NCBI GenBank assembly: GCA_047495785.1
Contig: JBLDXI010000042.1
Coordinates: 5,085,464-5,149,463, forward strand
Reading direction: 5' to 3'
Length of the DNA: 64,000 nucleotides
From: Lepidodermella squamata
Lineage: Eukaryota > Animalia > Gastrotricha
In this document: one piece after another, positions 1 through 11,346 of the stretch
Position numbering within the stretch: position 1 is the stretch's first letter
Layout of the letters: the number at the start of each line of letters is the position of its first letter
Program-made: the position numbers and the translations under genes
Notes under the pieces: model-generated
What the model was told of the DNA's origin: nothing
What the model saw: only the letters and a program-made list of their open reading frames with translations
Database searches by the model: none

Positions 1-405
1 AAATTGTCAATCCCAAATATCATTACCTTTCGTAAATTTTTGCCAACCCGAAACCCCCCAGCTTGACAGACGAGCCGCCATAGAGAAATATATTCTTGGG
101 CTCTATCGCACGATGAAGGATTTCGTTTTCGTGCAGCATTGCCACAGCCGACGCAAGCTGCCGGGACCAATCCATCAGCAAATCTTCGGGAATAGGCCCG
201 GCCGATTTCTTCATATAATCATTCAAATTTCCATCGGAGCAATATTCCATTACAAGATTGTAAATTGCGCCGACAGGACCCATCTCTTCAACAATTAAAC
301 CGTTGAAAATATTTTTTCTTCATAGAGATTTTGCGGCTGACTTACCATCGAATGTCCCGAAAACAGCTACAATGTTAGGGTGCGATAAATTTACTAGTTT
401 CATAT

Positions 406-2128
406 CGCTCCTTTTGCCCTATAAAGTAACTCTTCCCTTTTCCCCACCCATTTTCTGTTGAGAAGGCGAGTTTTTGCCTCATCGCTTAATGCATTATCGC
501 GGCGCGCGGCAGTACTTTTATTGTAAGAATGCGCGGCTCGTTGCCTTGTATTCTGCAGAATGAATTCATTAGAAAAAGGGTTTATTGCAGTTGTATAGAC
601 CGCTTTGCAGAGAATTAAGCAATATATTCGCCAAAAAACACTTTTTATGCAAGATAAATTCTCAGATTTTGTTAGTTTTCTCCTTGAAATTCGAAACTTT
701 TGCGATTTTTTGGTTTTTTTCGTTTTCTTAGAATAATGAAACCACCAGTTTCTGCCACCGTCAAGGTGTTTGAGAAGGACGTTGGCTTCGAGGAAGTCAA
801 ATCCTGGGTGAATAACAATTTCCCATTACTCAGAATAAAGTTTTCAGGACATTCGGCTGGCAAACGTTACGCATACTACAAATGCGAATATTTCATGAAG
901 CATGGCTTCCTTAGGTGCACGGCGTCAGCGAAAGTCGTTGAGAACAGCGATGGATCTGTAGCTTTCGTTTCTCAAAATCCACAACATAACCATGAGCAAG
1001 ATCCCAAAGCGACGAGCAGCAAGTTCTTGCGCATTGACCGCACAGCTTCTGCTGTCGTGAACAATTTCCTCAAAGGCTCTAATCCGATTGTCGATCGAGA
1101 GCGGCTGCAGTCATCTATCGCACCAAGATACAGATCGATGGGTCTGAAGAACCCGCCAGTGCCATCGATAAGTCAATTGAGAAAGGCAATAGCTACACAA
1201 CGAAAAAAACAGAGAACGAGAAGGCGCCGATTGGAGCTCCATCAAAATAAGATCCAGATTCCGAACAGTACAGTAACAGTACGCGATACGGATTCCGAAA
1301 AACGCGAACCATCATTAACTGCTAACATCCTCTGCGTGGCATTTCTTGTTTACACCGGCTTTCGCCTCCTGAGCTAATGGGCGACTTCAAAAAAGCAAAG
1401 CCTCGAGAGCCCCTAGGGCAGTGACGCAAAACATGCTGCATGTTAGCATGTTACTTGCCTGTCGAACGTACGCATGCTTCGAGAATGAATCGTTTCAAAT
1501 TTTTTGATCTGCGCATGACTTCCTGAGTATAGGCTATCAATTATCCCCAATGTATCTCAATAAAAGTGCTTCAAGTTATCTTGAAGAGGCACCCGTCCAG
1601 TATTTGAAATAATTATGATTCTTGACACAATGCCATCGAAACCATACAACCCAATTGTGATTGACTGAGCGAGGAATATATTCAAAACTTAGCAGTCAAA
1701 ACTTCAGTTTTCTGTTCAGCTGGCAAGGGAGTGCACTACCGACTACCGAAGGCCTATTTGCCGTGAAACACCCATTGAAAACAACTTTCATTAGGAATTT
1801 ATGATATTTTAGTTGACTTTCTGCAGAATACCGGGCACCAACTGCAAGAAAGCCCGGTTTTTATGCAGAAAGTCTGAATTATTATGCAAGATAACCGCTG
1901 CCAAATTGCTCATCATGCATAAAAAATGGAGCGCACGTGCGATTTTATGCAAGATAACTTATTGATTGCTCGCATCTTATGCGAAATAGTAGGCAACAAG
2001 GGTAACGCTTCTGCCATACTTCTGCTGCCCGAGAAAAAAATTACGCCGCTCGCAAACATATGAATTACTACGGGGCTGTGCTCATACATAGGTTTTTGAA
2101 AACGTTCCCTTATAGGGCAAAAGGAGCG
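406..2128. mobile_element. TIR DNA transposon (Sola1-like, non-autonomous) inserted in a K3 exon
   Basis: 19-bp perfect TIR CGCTCCTTTTGCCCTATAA at both ends. Flanked by ATAT (402-405, 2129-2132); a TA-only TSD reading is also possible. Removing it restores the exon NMKLVNLSHPNIVAVFGTFD. The superfamily call rests only on the 4-bp AWWT target. Confidence 0.85.
736..1377 (+). CDS. FLYWCH/WRKY-like zinc-finger ORF (transposase N-terminal-like fragment) inside the 406-2128 element
   Basis: Motif YYKC-x9-RCTA...QHNH (C2H2 WRKY/FLYWCH-type spacing); no DDE domain visible. Confidence 0.55.
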   Translation: MKPPVSATVKVFEKDVGFEEVKSWVNNNFPLLRIKFSGHSAGKRYAYYKCEYFMKHGFLRCTASAKVVENSDGSVAFVSQNPQHNHEQDPKATSSKFLRIDRTASAVVNNFLKGSNPIVDRERLQSSIAPRYRSMGLKNPPVPSISQLRKAIATQRKKQRTRRRRLELHQNKIQIPNSTVTVRDTDSEKREPSLTANILCVAFLVYTGFRLLS

Positions 2129-2587
2129 ATATTCTATACGATAACATCTCAAAAAGGGAATTCTGAGGTATGATACGCAGCTTTACCTCGTCTCGACTTA
2201 ATTTGATAAGCCGTTCGGCAAAATTAGGTTCTTTGTCATAACACCGTTGAATCCGGCCGCGGTTGAAAGTCTTAACAACATAAATTGCGGCGTCTTTGTA
2301 TCGACTGCACAGTATTGTCTTGCCGAAGGTACCAGCCTCCAACTCCTTTTCACGTTTGAACTTGTGGATTGAGGAAAACTCTAACTTTCTTGCTTCAGCC
2401 AAGGGCTCCTTAATTGCTATCGCCTGTCTGATGAATGGACTGCTCAGCAGAACAGCAGCCGTAGCTCTCTGGGATTTATCTTTAACGAGCATTGAAAGAA
2501 CGAAGCATTGGTACTCCTCTGAATAGTATCGATCTGCGTCGAATGGTTTCGGGTCATTCCTAAAAAATAAAATTGCGTGCTTTTCCA

Positions 2588-3079
2588 CAGTAGAGGCTGT
2601 ATAATTCGAACCCCAGCAATGCGGACAGCGGGCTAGTCCGGACAATTTTAGGCCGACGGTCAGAGTTTACCTTATAATATGCGGACATCGCGCTTTTTAA
2701 GGGGGACAGCCCTTTAATGCGGACGCGCACTAATACGGCCAGTTTTCTAGCTAAGCACACACTGTCCATATGGGTATTTTAGGCTCTTTAATGCGGACAC
2801 CGCGGACATCCCCTCCATGTCTCCGAGTGGGTTCAAGATATTGCCACAAATCTTCACTCAGATAGCCTCAAGTTGCAAATTATGCGTAGAAACCACGCAA
2901 ATCTAATCAAAGAGTTCGCTAATTAGAAAAGCAAACAGTATATACACCTGCGCGTAATTGTGGGCCTAATCCTGTCCGCTGAGGCCGTCGGAATATAGGG
3001 GATCGCCAAATGCGGACAGCGCGCTAATGCGGACAAATTTTCCGCGACCGATGGTGTCAGAATTATACAGCTTCTACTG
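2588..3079. mobile_element. Tc1/mariner-pogo type MITE, copy 1 (in an intron of gene A)
   Basis: TIRs CAGTAGAGGCTGTATAATTC / GAATTATACAGCTTCTACTG with TA on the right flank; closely similar along its whole length to 9375-9873. Confidence 0.85.
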
Positions 3080-6000
3080 TATAATATGAGTTTATTGGAT
3101 GAAAGGGCGGAAATGTTTGATTCGACACTCCAAACCTACATCATAATGTCAGCTAGGCTCTCAAACTGAAAAAAATAAGAATTATTTCAAACGCTCATTA
3201 GCAATAGGTATCATTTGCTTACTGGCAAGTACAAATTTGCTAGCTCGAAGAAAGTAACGCCGAGTGACCACCAGTCACTCGCCTCTGAATTGCTCTTATT
3301 ATGGAAAGTTTCAGGCGCCTTGTACATTGTTGTGCCAATTCCAATCAATGAGCTGCTCGTCGACCTGTGAAGCATGGGATTCAAGCTTCTCTTACTGTGC
3401 TATGACTTTTATTAGAAATCACTCGCCTGCAGGGGGTCTAGCCAGGCCAAAATCGCCAATTTTAACAGTTCTCTCGTCCTCGCACAAAAATATGTTTTGC
3501 GGCTTAATGTCATGATGCAACACACCCTGACTGTGGATCTTATCGACTGCTGACACCAACTGGCATGCCCAACCGTGCAAGAGCTCCTCATGTATTGTCT
3601 CGTTTGCTTCTGTTTTTCGTCTGATGTAACGACCCAAATCACCATTTGCACAATACTCCATCGCCATATAGTATATTTCATCCCCTAAACGCCAATCGTA
3701 GAGCGCTTCATCCGGCTGCCCAAAGCGTTCTGTAGTGTGAAATTCAGCTTTTATATGCATCACGTACATTCCACCTACCTGAAAATGCGCCATAGATATC
3801 TACAATATTAGGGTGCTTCAATCTGCCTAATATTCTGTGCTGGATACAAAACAACAAAAAACTAATGAAATTGGAAACGCCCATAATGCTATGCCTCATC
3901 TCATCGCAGCTCAGCTTTATGATTTTCATCGCGCCTTCAGATTGGTAGCATCTCAGAATCTGGTTCAAATTGACAGCCTTCACGGCGCATTTAGCGAAAT
4001 CATCTTTCCTTTGGCAAAGCCATATGCAGCCAAAAGATCCCCTGCCCAACAAAGCGATTTTGGGATATTCGTGGATTGAGTGGTGGGTGGCTTTTGCGTC
4101 AACAGAACGGAGTTCCGGTTTCGCTCCTAGAATTTCGGCAATATTAGCGTGCCCTCTACGTAATGGAATACTAATCGGTGTCTCCCCATCCTTCCTCGCT
4201 AGTTGCGCTTTAGCTTCAAATTTCTTTGCCAAAACATCGACTATATCAGCGTGCCCATTCTCAGCTGCAACGAACAGCGGCGTCTCGCCATTGTTTGCTG
4301 CTGCATTAACGCCAGCTTTAAAGTGGCCTGCAAGTAATTCCACCAATTCAGTATGACCTTTTTCGGCGGCGAAGAAAATTGGAGTCCGACCATCCGCAGC
4401 CTTAGCCTCGATGTCAGCGATGTCAGCATTCCGCAACTAATACTTCGATAATTTCGCTACGCCCGCATTTCGCCGCTATGTGCAACGCAGTTCTTCCGCA
4501 AAAGTCGACAACTTCAGGATCAGCATTGAACTTCCGAATTAAGAGTCGCACAATGTCAACATAACCTTCTTGGCAGGCTATCATCAGAGCAGTGAGGCCT
4601 TCATCGTTGACGTTGTTGATATCAAAGTCGGGCTCCTTTTCAGTCAGGACTTCCTCTTTAATATTGTTGACATCGACCTCTGGCTCCTTGACATCGTTCA
4701 ACAATCGAAGCAACGCTTCGATTTTTCCTTTATCACCCTGCCTCACCCATTTGAAAATTTCCTAATATAAACGAGGGATTGTTATTCAAACAGGTTTTTG
4801 CTGTCCCGACAAACCTTGAGAGCATCGGCTTTGCTAATGGAAGCAGTGCTCTCGACTGCTGTTGATTTTTGTTGCTCTCTTTGTTCCACCTCCGCCGTAT
4901 TTTCCTCGAGGAACTTGCAGTGGTAGAGATCGACTGCGTCTGCCCTTTCCGAACGCTTCTTCGCCAACATTGAAAAGACGAAGTCGCGGTATTTCGGCGA
5001 ATATTTCTGGTCAAAAGGTTTGGGTTCTTTCCTGTATAGAGATCGAAATTGAGGTTGTCGAAGTATTATTCTTTTTCACACATTCTTGAAAACCAACATG
5101 GACCGCTCATCCAGATGGTAAGCAGCGGCCATTATAGCTACGGACCAAGATAGTTACTAAACGCAGGAGGGATACGTTAAACCCAACTGAATGCATTAAG
5201 GATCTATTGATAGGAGCTATGCTTTCCAAAGAATGCAGGCGTAATGTGACTCACTGAAAAATCTCAACAGTTGAGCTTTCATTATTGCTGAGATTTGCGC
5301 GCTACAGAAAGTAGAGGGGAGGAAGTACAGTGCTACGATAAACCTACAAAATCCCGTTTAAACCCTAAAACTTACTTCATTATATCACGTGCAGAATCAA
5401 ACTGTTAAATATTTTCTTGAAACAAGCTTTCCCATTAAATACAAAACGAACTGGTAATTCAAAGTGGGCCAACTCATATAAAGTAACACCAAGTGACCAC
5501 CAATCACTTGCTTGAGAATAGACTTCAGAATTATACAGCTCCGGTGCTGAGTAACTAGGGAAGATGGCCCCCGAGTCTTCAACCGTCGGCGACAACCTGG
5601 CAAAGCAGGAGATTAATTCTGGTTGGAGGCGTCAATAATCGGAAGATATACCGGTCTAAAATCGTGCTAAAACCAAAACCCCCAAGTTTGAGCATGCCTA
5701 GTTCGCTGCCATCGTTACATACGAACATGTTAGCCGGCTCAATATTTCGATGGAGCGCGCCCCATTAGTGAATAGCTGCAACAGCCGAGACCATTTGTCG
5801 AGCCCAGGTCTTGATCAAGTCCTCCGGAATTCGGTTATTTTCAATCCGTCTCAGATTAATCAGTGCCTTGAGATCGCCCCCAGCACAGTACTCGGTCACT
5901 AAATAGTAGATGTTGTCGCCCAGCCTCGGCGGTCTCTCTCCAAGCTTCCAGCCTTCTAGGTCGCTTACTTCCTTTGAAATTCAGAAAACAGTTAAGCTTA

Positions 6001-7848
6001 AATAGCTCTTAATATTGAGCATTAACCTTCAAAAGCTCCGAATACACTGAGAACATGGGGGTGAGCCAACTTGAGGCACTTGATATGCTAAGATAAAAAT
6101 AGAAGGTTTAAAAGATGCTAATCGAACATTTTCAAACCTCTTCGCGAAGTAGCGAAACAAGTTTATTAGACAAACGCTCGTTGTCGCGATGTTTCCGACG
6201 AATTTCATCAAAATTGACTGCTTTTACTGTGAAGTCAGAGAATTCCCCATCACGCTTGCAAAGCCAACGCGAACCAAAAAGTCCCTTTCCCAATAGTTTA
6301 ATTATGTTGAATTGAAGAGTCGAACAAAACTTGTCTTCCATCAATCAAGCTAAACGCTAAGCATGTAAAATGTAAGCAACATAAATATTGAATGCCAATC
6401 TACGAACAATTATCTTGAATTAACTAATTAATTGAATTAATTAGTTGTCTTGAAACGCTCAAAGCTCAACAGCACAGCCATGCATTATTTATATTTAAAA
6501 ATTTTCATAGTAACATGATTCATATGTCCTACCGCTATAAGCGATCCTCCCAAATGCCAATTGGTTTAACCCAAATGGCAATATGCCAAATATAGCGTTA
6601 TAAGTCATATTGGGGTAACCCATTTGAAACAGTTGGTTGTCTATAACGATAACGCCTTGCACAATAACGCCTAATCAGCTCTATTCATTTTTCTATTCTA
6701 TTTCAAATGCCAAGAGCTTTACTGCCCCGTGACGCTGCTCAGAAGAAGCTGTTCATAACGGCTTGTTCTCAGGCTGGCACTATTGCAGGGTTATCTGCAG
6801 ATGGTAAGCACAACATCAGACAGTTGTTCTGTGTCGCTGAAGGCAAGCTGAAATACCGAGAAGCTGAGAGGAGAGATGCGGATAACTGACATTTCTTGAT
6901 CTGGGAAGGCTTTATCGCAGAAGATTGAATCTTGGAAGCTGAAGCTTAGGAAAGGAGAAGGTGTTTATCAGCTCAATTTCGGGCCCATATTAGTTTCGTC
7001 CGGCCCCCAAGCGTCGGTTGCGCAATTGGAGGATAAAAGTGGTTAGAGCTGTTTATCAGGTCATCGAGATTCTTTCGACATCGTTTACAGTCAGCGAAGA
7101 ATTATTTGTTCAATTCGAGAATTATTTGAAGAATCGAATTCTGAGAAAGAAATCTGTTAAGCGAAGGTTCGAATGAAAGCCGATCGCATAGATGGCGACT
7201 TGCGACTTCGTTTCTATCTCAAAGATGGATCGAACCAGCACTGATCCGAAAACTGTTTGGCGAAAGTCTTTTCTATCAAAAGCCACTTTTGGTACACGAG
7301 CAGGTATCATGGATGCTAATTTTGTCCTAAGCGAACTTTTCATCTATCGTGGTGCCGCTTTGGACATTGCGGAGTTCGAAACACCACAGAAAGAAAATAC
7401 CAAAGAAGAAAGTTGCGTTGACTACGGCCCTTCGAGCTGTTGCTTCGTACGGGAGTGTTTGCAAATACCAGGGTGATTGTTCAGCCGACCGCTGTCCTTG
7501 CAAGAAAAACGGCTTCAAGTGTGCAAAAAACTGTCACCCGGAGATGGCTTGCTTGGCACAGAAAACTGAAAAGAGAAGGCAGGCGTGGCGGCCGCGGCTG
7601 CCTTCGACGACGAGGAAGAGCAGCGGGAGGGATTTCGATGCAAGACCGGATATGCATGCCCTCGACAAAGCGTTGCTTGTACCGCAACCATCAGAAGAAA
7701 TGCGGATCGTCCTGTCTTTGCAGCACGAAAAACTTATGTTTCAAGGAAAGTTGAAAACTTTGAGACCAGTGGACGTTGTCTTGTGACTTGTGACGAATAA
7801 AAAGCTGGATTACAGGCAAGAAATTTAATAGAGAGTCAATAAGGTCAT

Positions 7849-9268
7849 CGCTAGCTGCATCCGCGCGCTGGGTGCATAGAATTTGCTCGCTGCACCCGAG
7901 GGTGCAGGATTATAGCTAGTTACACCCGGAAGGTGCCCGAAAATAGCTGCGTGCACCCGCATCTGGGTGTGACCATTATGCTACGTACATTCGATAGGAC
8001 GGTAATGAAATCACGGGTGCAGAGAGAAAAACCGCTACACCCAATTGACTGCGCGCGGCGGCTAAAGAGCCATTCATTGCGCGCTAAGGAGTTAATGATC
8101 TGTCCGGTGCCGCTGATCAATGTTATCAGTTCAAGAGTCGAGGCCTTGAAGATAGAGCTGAAAGCGCAGGTCGATTTCCAGTGCGCAAACCGAAAGCAAC
8201 ATCAATAGGATTATGACGGTCGCGAGTTGGGCGCTATACCGCCGCCGCTACCTTTCGCTCGCGTTCATTACCACCAATAATCAATCTTCTCGAGCCGGTC
8301 TTCAGCGACATGAAAAATTACATCAATAACCTATTACCGCCCGGCTTCCTGCCTTGAACTCGTGCCCCCTTTGCTTGATTTTCACCTGGAGATCAGTGTT
8401 TCCCTCGTGACCCGCAGAATGCACCATGACGGCTATGATTGCACCCGCAGCGCCAGAGTCGGAGCGGAAAAGAAACAAAGAAATCGTAACCGCCAATCGT
8501 CGACTTCAAGGCCGGCTGCTCCACTTCCGGGTGCCCTACTCCAACTGGGGTGACTGTAGGCAGTGGGGTGACTTTGACAATTGGAGGAATAGTAATTCCT
8601 AATTCCTATTCCCTCAATTCCTACTCTTTATTCATCTTCCTCCAATTCCCATTCTCTAATTCCTATTCCTCCAAGCTTTGACATGCCAAAATGGGGTGAC
8701 TCTGGCATGCCTCGCGAAAGGAGTACCGAGTTGGATCGCCTGGAGGAAGGGCAATATAATAATGACATATGATTTCATATTCAATAAGTCGGCTTCGGTT
8801 TAGCCGTCACCGAAGTTTCAATTAATTCAATTAATTCAATTAATATAGAAATTGAAAAAATGCCGCGACTTTACATATTATGTCCTCTCCCAGAATGGGT
8901 TGTTATGATGCGCATTGTGCACATCCAGGCTGGCCTTTCCTTGGGCTATCCAACGGTACCCCACTCACGAGGTCCTTACCTTACCATCTTCGATTTTTGG
9001 AATGCCAAAGTCACCCATTCTGGCAAGTCAAAATGACCCTATTGTGCAAAGCGCGCTAAGTCACCCCAGGTACGTAATCTCGCTAGCTCGCATTTTACCT
9101 TGTTTAATTACTTCTGTACACCTTGCCGCACCGACAGCCGGCTTTTTCCTAATTCCTTATTGTTTGTATATAGGGTGTAACGAGTCAAATCGTCGCACCC
9201 ACACTAACGCGCGGTATAGGGTGTAGCTAGCAAATCGGATGCACCCGCGTGTGGGTGCAAATAGCACA
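7849..9268. mobile_element. Non-autonomous TIR element with TGCACCC subterminal repeats, nested in the Ginger2 element
   Basis: Imperfect inverted ends GCTAGCTGCATCCGCGCGCTGGGTGCA / TGCACCCGCGTGTGGGTGCAAATAGC; repeated GCACCC/GGGTGC motifs at both ends; boundaries approximate. Confidence 0.5.
8539..9073. mobile_element. pogo-like MITE nested inside the previous element
   Basis: TA-flanked ends with inverted CTGGGGTGACT / AGTCACCCCAG and internal GGGGTGACT repeats. Confidence 0.55.
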
Positions 9269-9374
9269 CTAGAATTATTAAATTGCTTATCAAGTAGGTT
9301 TTTAGTGCAATTGTTCCTTAGGGTAACTCAATTGCCAATTGGGGCCGATTGCTCATAACGGTACGACACATATA

Positions 9375-9873
9375 CAGTAGAAGCTGTATATTCCGAACCC
9401 CAGCAATGCGGACAGCTGGCTAGTCCGGACAATTTAAGACGGACAGAGTTTACCATATAATATGCGGGCATCGCGCTTGATAAGACGGACAGCCCCTTGA
9501 TGCGGACGCGCACTAATACGGCCAGTTTTCTAGCTACATTCGCACTGTCCATGTGGGTATTTTAGGCTCTTTAATGCGAACAGCGCGGACATCCTCCAAC
9601 TACGAGTCTCCGAGTGGGTGCTAGATCCGAGTAGGTCACAAATCTTCATTTGCTTAGCCTCAAGTTGCAAATTATGCGTATAAACCACTCAAATCTAATT
9701 AAACAGCGCGCTAATTAGAAAAGTAAACAATACCTGCGCGTAAAAATGGGCCTAATCGTTTCCGCTAAGGCCGTTTCAGGGGGCGCCTCGGAATATAGGG
9801 GATCGCCCAATGCGGACAGCGCGCTAATGTGGACATATTTTCCGATGGTGTCAGAATTATACAGCTTCTACTG
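9375..9873. mobile_element. Tc1/mariner-pogo type MITE, copy 2
   Basis: Same family and orientation as 2588-3079; TIR CAGTAGAAGCTGTATA; TA on the left flank. Confidence 0.85.
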
Positions 9874-10164
9874 TGTATATAATCTGCCTTTTGCGGTCTT
9901 TGCTCCAATAACGTTCTTCTTTCGTACAAATCGAAAGAGAGTCCAGATAAACGTAAATAATCAATTTCAAGTTAAAGTCTAAAAAAGAACACACGCCAAT
10001 TATCAACTGGGTCAATAATATTATTATTTAGTCAATAAACAATATTTATAGGAGGAAAAGTTCTTACAGCTGTTTTAATTACACCAGCCGCTAAAAATAA
10101 ACATATCTATCGGCCTAAGCGTGATTATCTGCGTACTTTAACGCGTTGCGGGCTGGCAGTATGT

Positions 10165-11277
10165 CGCGGGATGGGCGACAGAACGACTTGCCTAGAATAT
10201 AAATAAATGGCGTGAAACTCAAGGGAAGGAGGCGAAACTGGATTGTTTTTGCACCATCTGGCGTTTAGAAATTTTTTGAAAAAGACCTCAAAAGTGTGTT
10301 CCGAAATTTCATCGATTTTTTGATCGATTTTTAGGGGATAACTATTGAAATACGAATTTCCACAACTTCATAATTTCCAGTTCGCCTAAACACGTTTTTT
10401 TCATAACGATAGGCTATTTTTTGAAAATTCGACCTTGACACATGTTTATTTGGCGCGAAATTTAACATTTTATGGTATTTTTGCCTATAAAACAGAAATT
10501 TTGAGCTTTTTTGCATGATTCACTGTATTTGCAAACACGTTTCACTTGGCGTTGCTTATTTCGCAGCTTATTTCTCGTTATGGGGAACCTCAAGCACCAA
10601 TAAATTAAAACGCTCTTTACATTATGATTGAAACAATAGACACCAAGATCAAAATTCGTCAAAAATTAATTATATTTACATAACATGAATTTTTTATTTC
10701 GACGGGGCAATTTTTTCATTCAAATAACTCGAAATCAACACGAGCTCTGTCGCGAGAGGTCGAAACATGTGATCTTTTTCATATTTAGCCAAAAAATCAA
10801 AAGAAAAACGAATGTTTTCCATAGCCAAAATATTTCAAAAATAACGGAAACTTTGACAATTTTTAAAATTAAAGTTTTGGAGTGATTTTCAAAAATAAAT
10901 AGCCTATCGTGGTCTACTCCTTGAGACGAGTAAGAATATATTTTCGGATCGAAAATCGGAGGCCCAGGTGATGAGTTATCCCCTACGATACTTTTGCATG
11001 CAAAGATGCAGAGCGATTTTTTCAATTTCAATTTTTTGCACTTTCGTAAAACACACTTTTCGATGTCTTTTTCTCGCTTCTGTGTGCTTGGACACGGATT
11101 AAAAACCATTGTTTATTAATCCAGTTTCGCCTCCTTCCCTTGGTGAAACTAACTTTTCGCATCTCGGCCAAGTCAGTCGTGTGTATGATCGCTAGAGCGC
11201 CAGTTTATTTCTGTGAATCAAATGCATTGCGCCATCTGTTTCTATTCTAGGCAAGTCATTCTGTCGCCCACCCCGCG
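10165..11277. mobile_element. Diverged member of the about 190-bp CGCG-ended MITE family, split by a later insertion
   Basis: Inverted ends GGGCGACAGAA(C/T)GACTTGCCTAGAATA; internal sequence (GCCAAGTCAGTCG, ATCAAATGCATT) matches 13341-13534 once 10220-11142 is removed. Confidence 0.7.
10220..11142. mobile_element. Non-autonomous P-element-like (or hAT) DNA transposon
   Basis: Perfect 25-bp TIR CAAGGGAAGGAGGCGAAACTGGATT; exact 8-bp TSD GTGAAACT (10212-10219, 11143-11150). Confidence 0.9.
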
Positions 11278-11346
11278 TCGCCCCATGTGTAAGCGTTGCA
11301 TGGTACAGGAGCGTGTATCGTTAACATAGAGCTAGCTCTATGATTG

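Larger units (their letters stand above)
1..6341 (-). pseudogene. Multi-exon tandem-kinase gene (gene A): NEK-like pseudokinase K1 - ankyrin repeats - kinase K2 - pseudokinase K3; runs off the left edge; carries inactivating lesions
   Basis: ATG at 6341 (MEDKF..LGKGLFGSRW..VKAV). K1 has HRNIEPAN, KLGGFG and YSAPE. ANK repeats (GLTALMIAC, GRTALHIAA, GRTPIFFAA, GETPLFVAA) lie at about 4125-4760. K2 has LGRGSFG, AVK, HHDIKPQN, KIGDFG and GTTMYKAPE. K3 has LEAGTFG, VVK, HRAIEPKN and KLGGFG. GT-AG introns occur at equivalent positions in each kinase module. Lesions: in-frame TAA at 5765-5767, phase conflict near 5971, frameshift at 4410-4430, 1.7 kb transposon inside a K3 exon. Confidence 0.85.
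6525..9368 (+). mobile_element. Degenerate Ginger2/TDD (KRBA2-like integrase) DNA transposon containing nested insertions
   Basis: TGT...ACA termini, about 50-bp imperfect TIRs (TGTCCTACCGCTATAAGCGATC vs TGTCGTACCGTTATGAGCAATC) and 4-bp TSD CATA (6521-6524, 9369-9372). Frameshifted remnant ISKMDRTSTDPKT..FGTRAG..VALTTA..CKYQGDCSADRCPCKKNGFKCAKNCH at about 7200-7540 resembles the C-terminal Cys-rich domain of this family. Confidence 0.8.

Noticed and set aside
2560-2769. Similar ORFs MDS..ARKLAVLVRVRIKGLS at 2560-2769 and 9328-9552
   Set aside because: Both are chance frames within two copies of the same MITE.
5765-5767. Stop-codon reassignment or read-through explaining the in-frame TAA
   Set aside because: TAA terminates intact genes elsewhere in the window, and gene A has other independent lesions.
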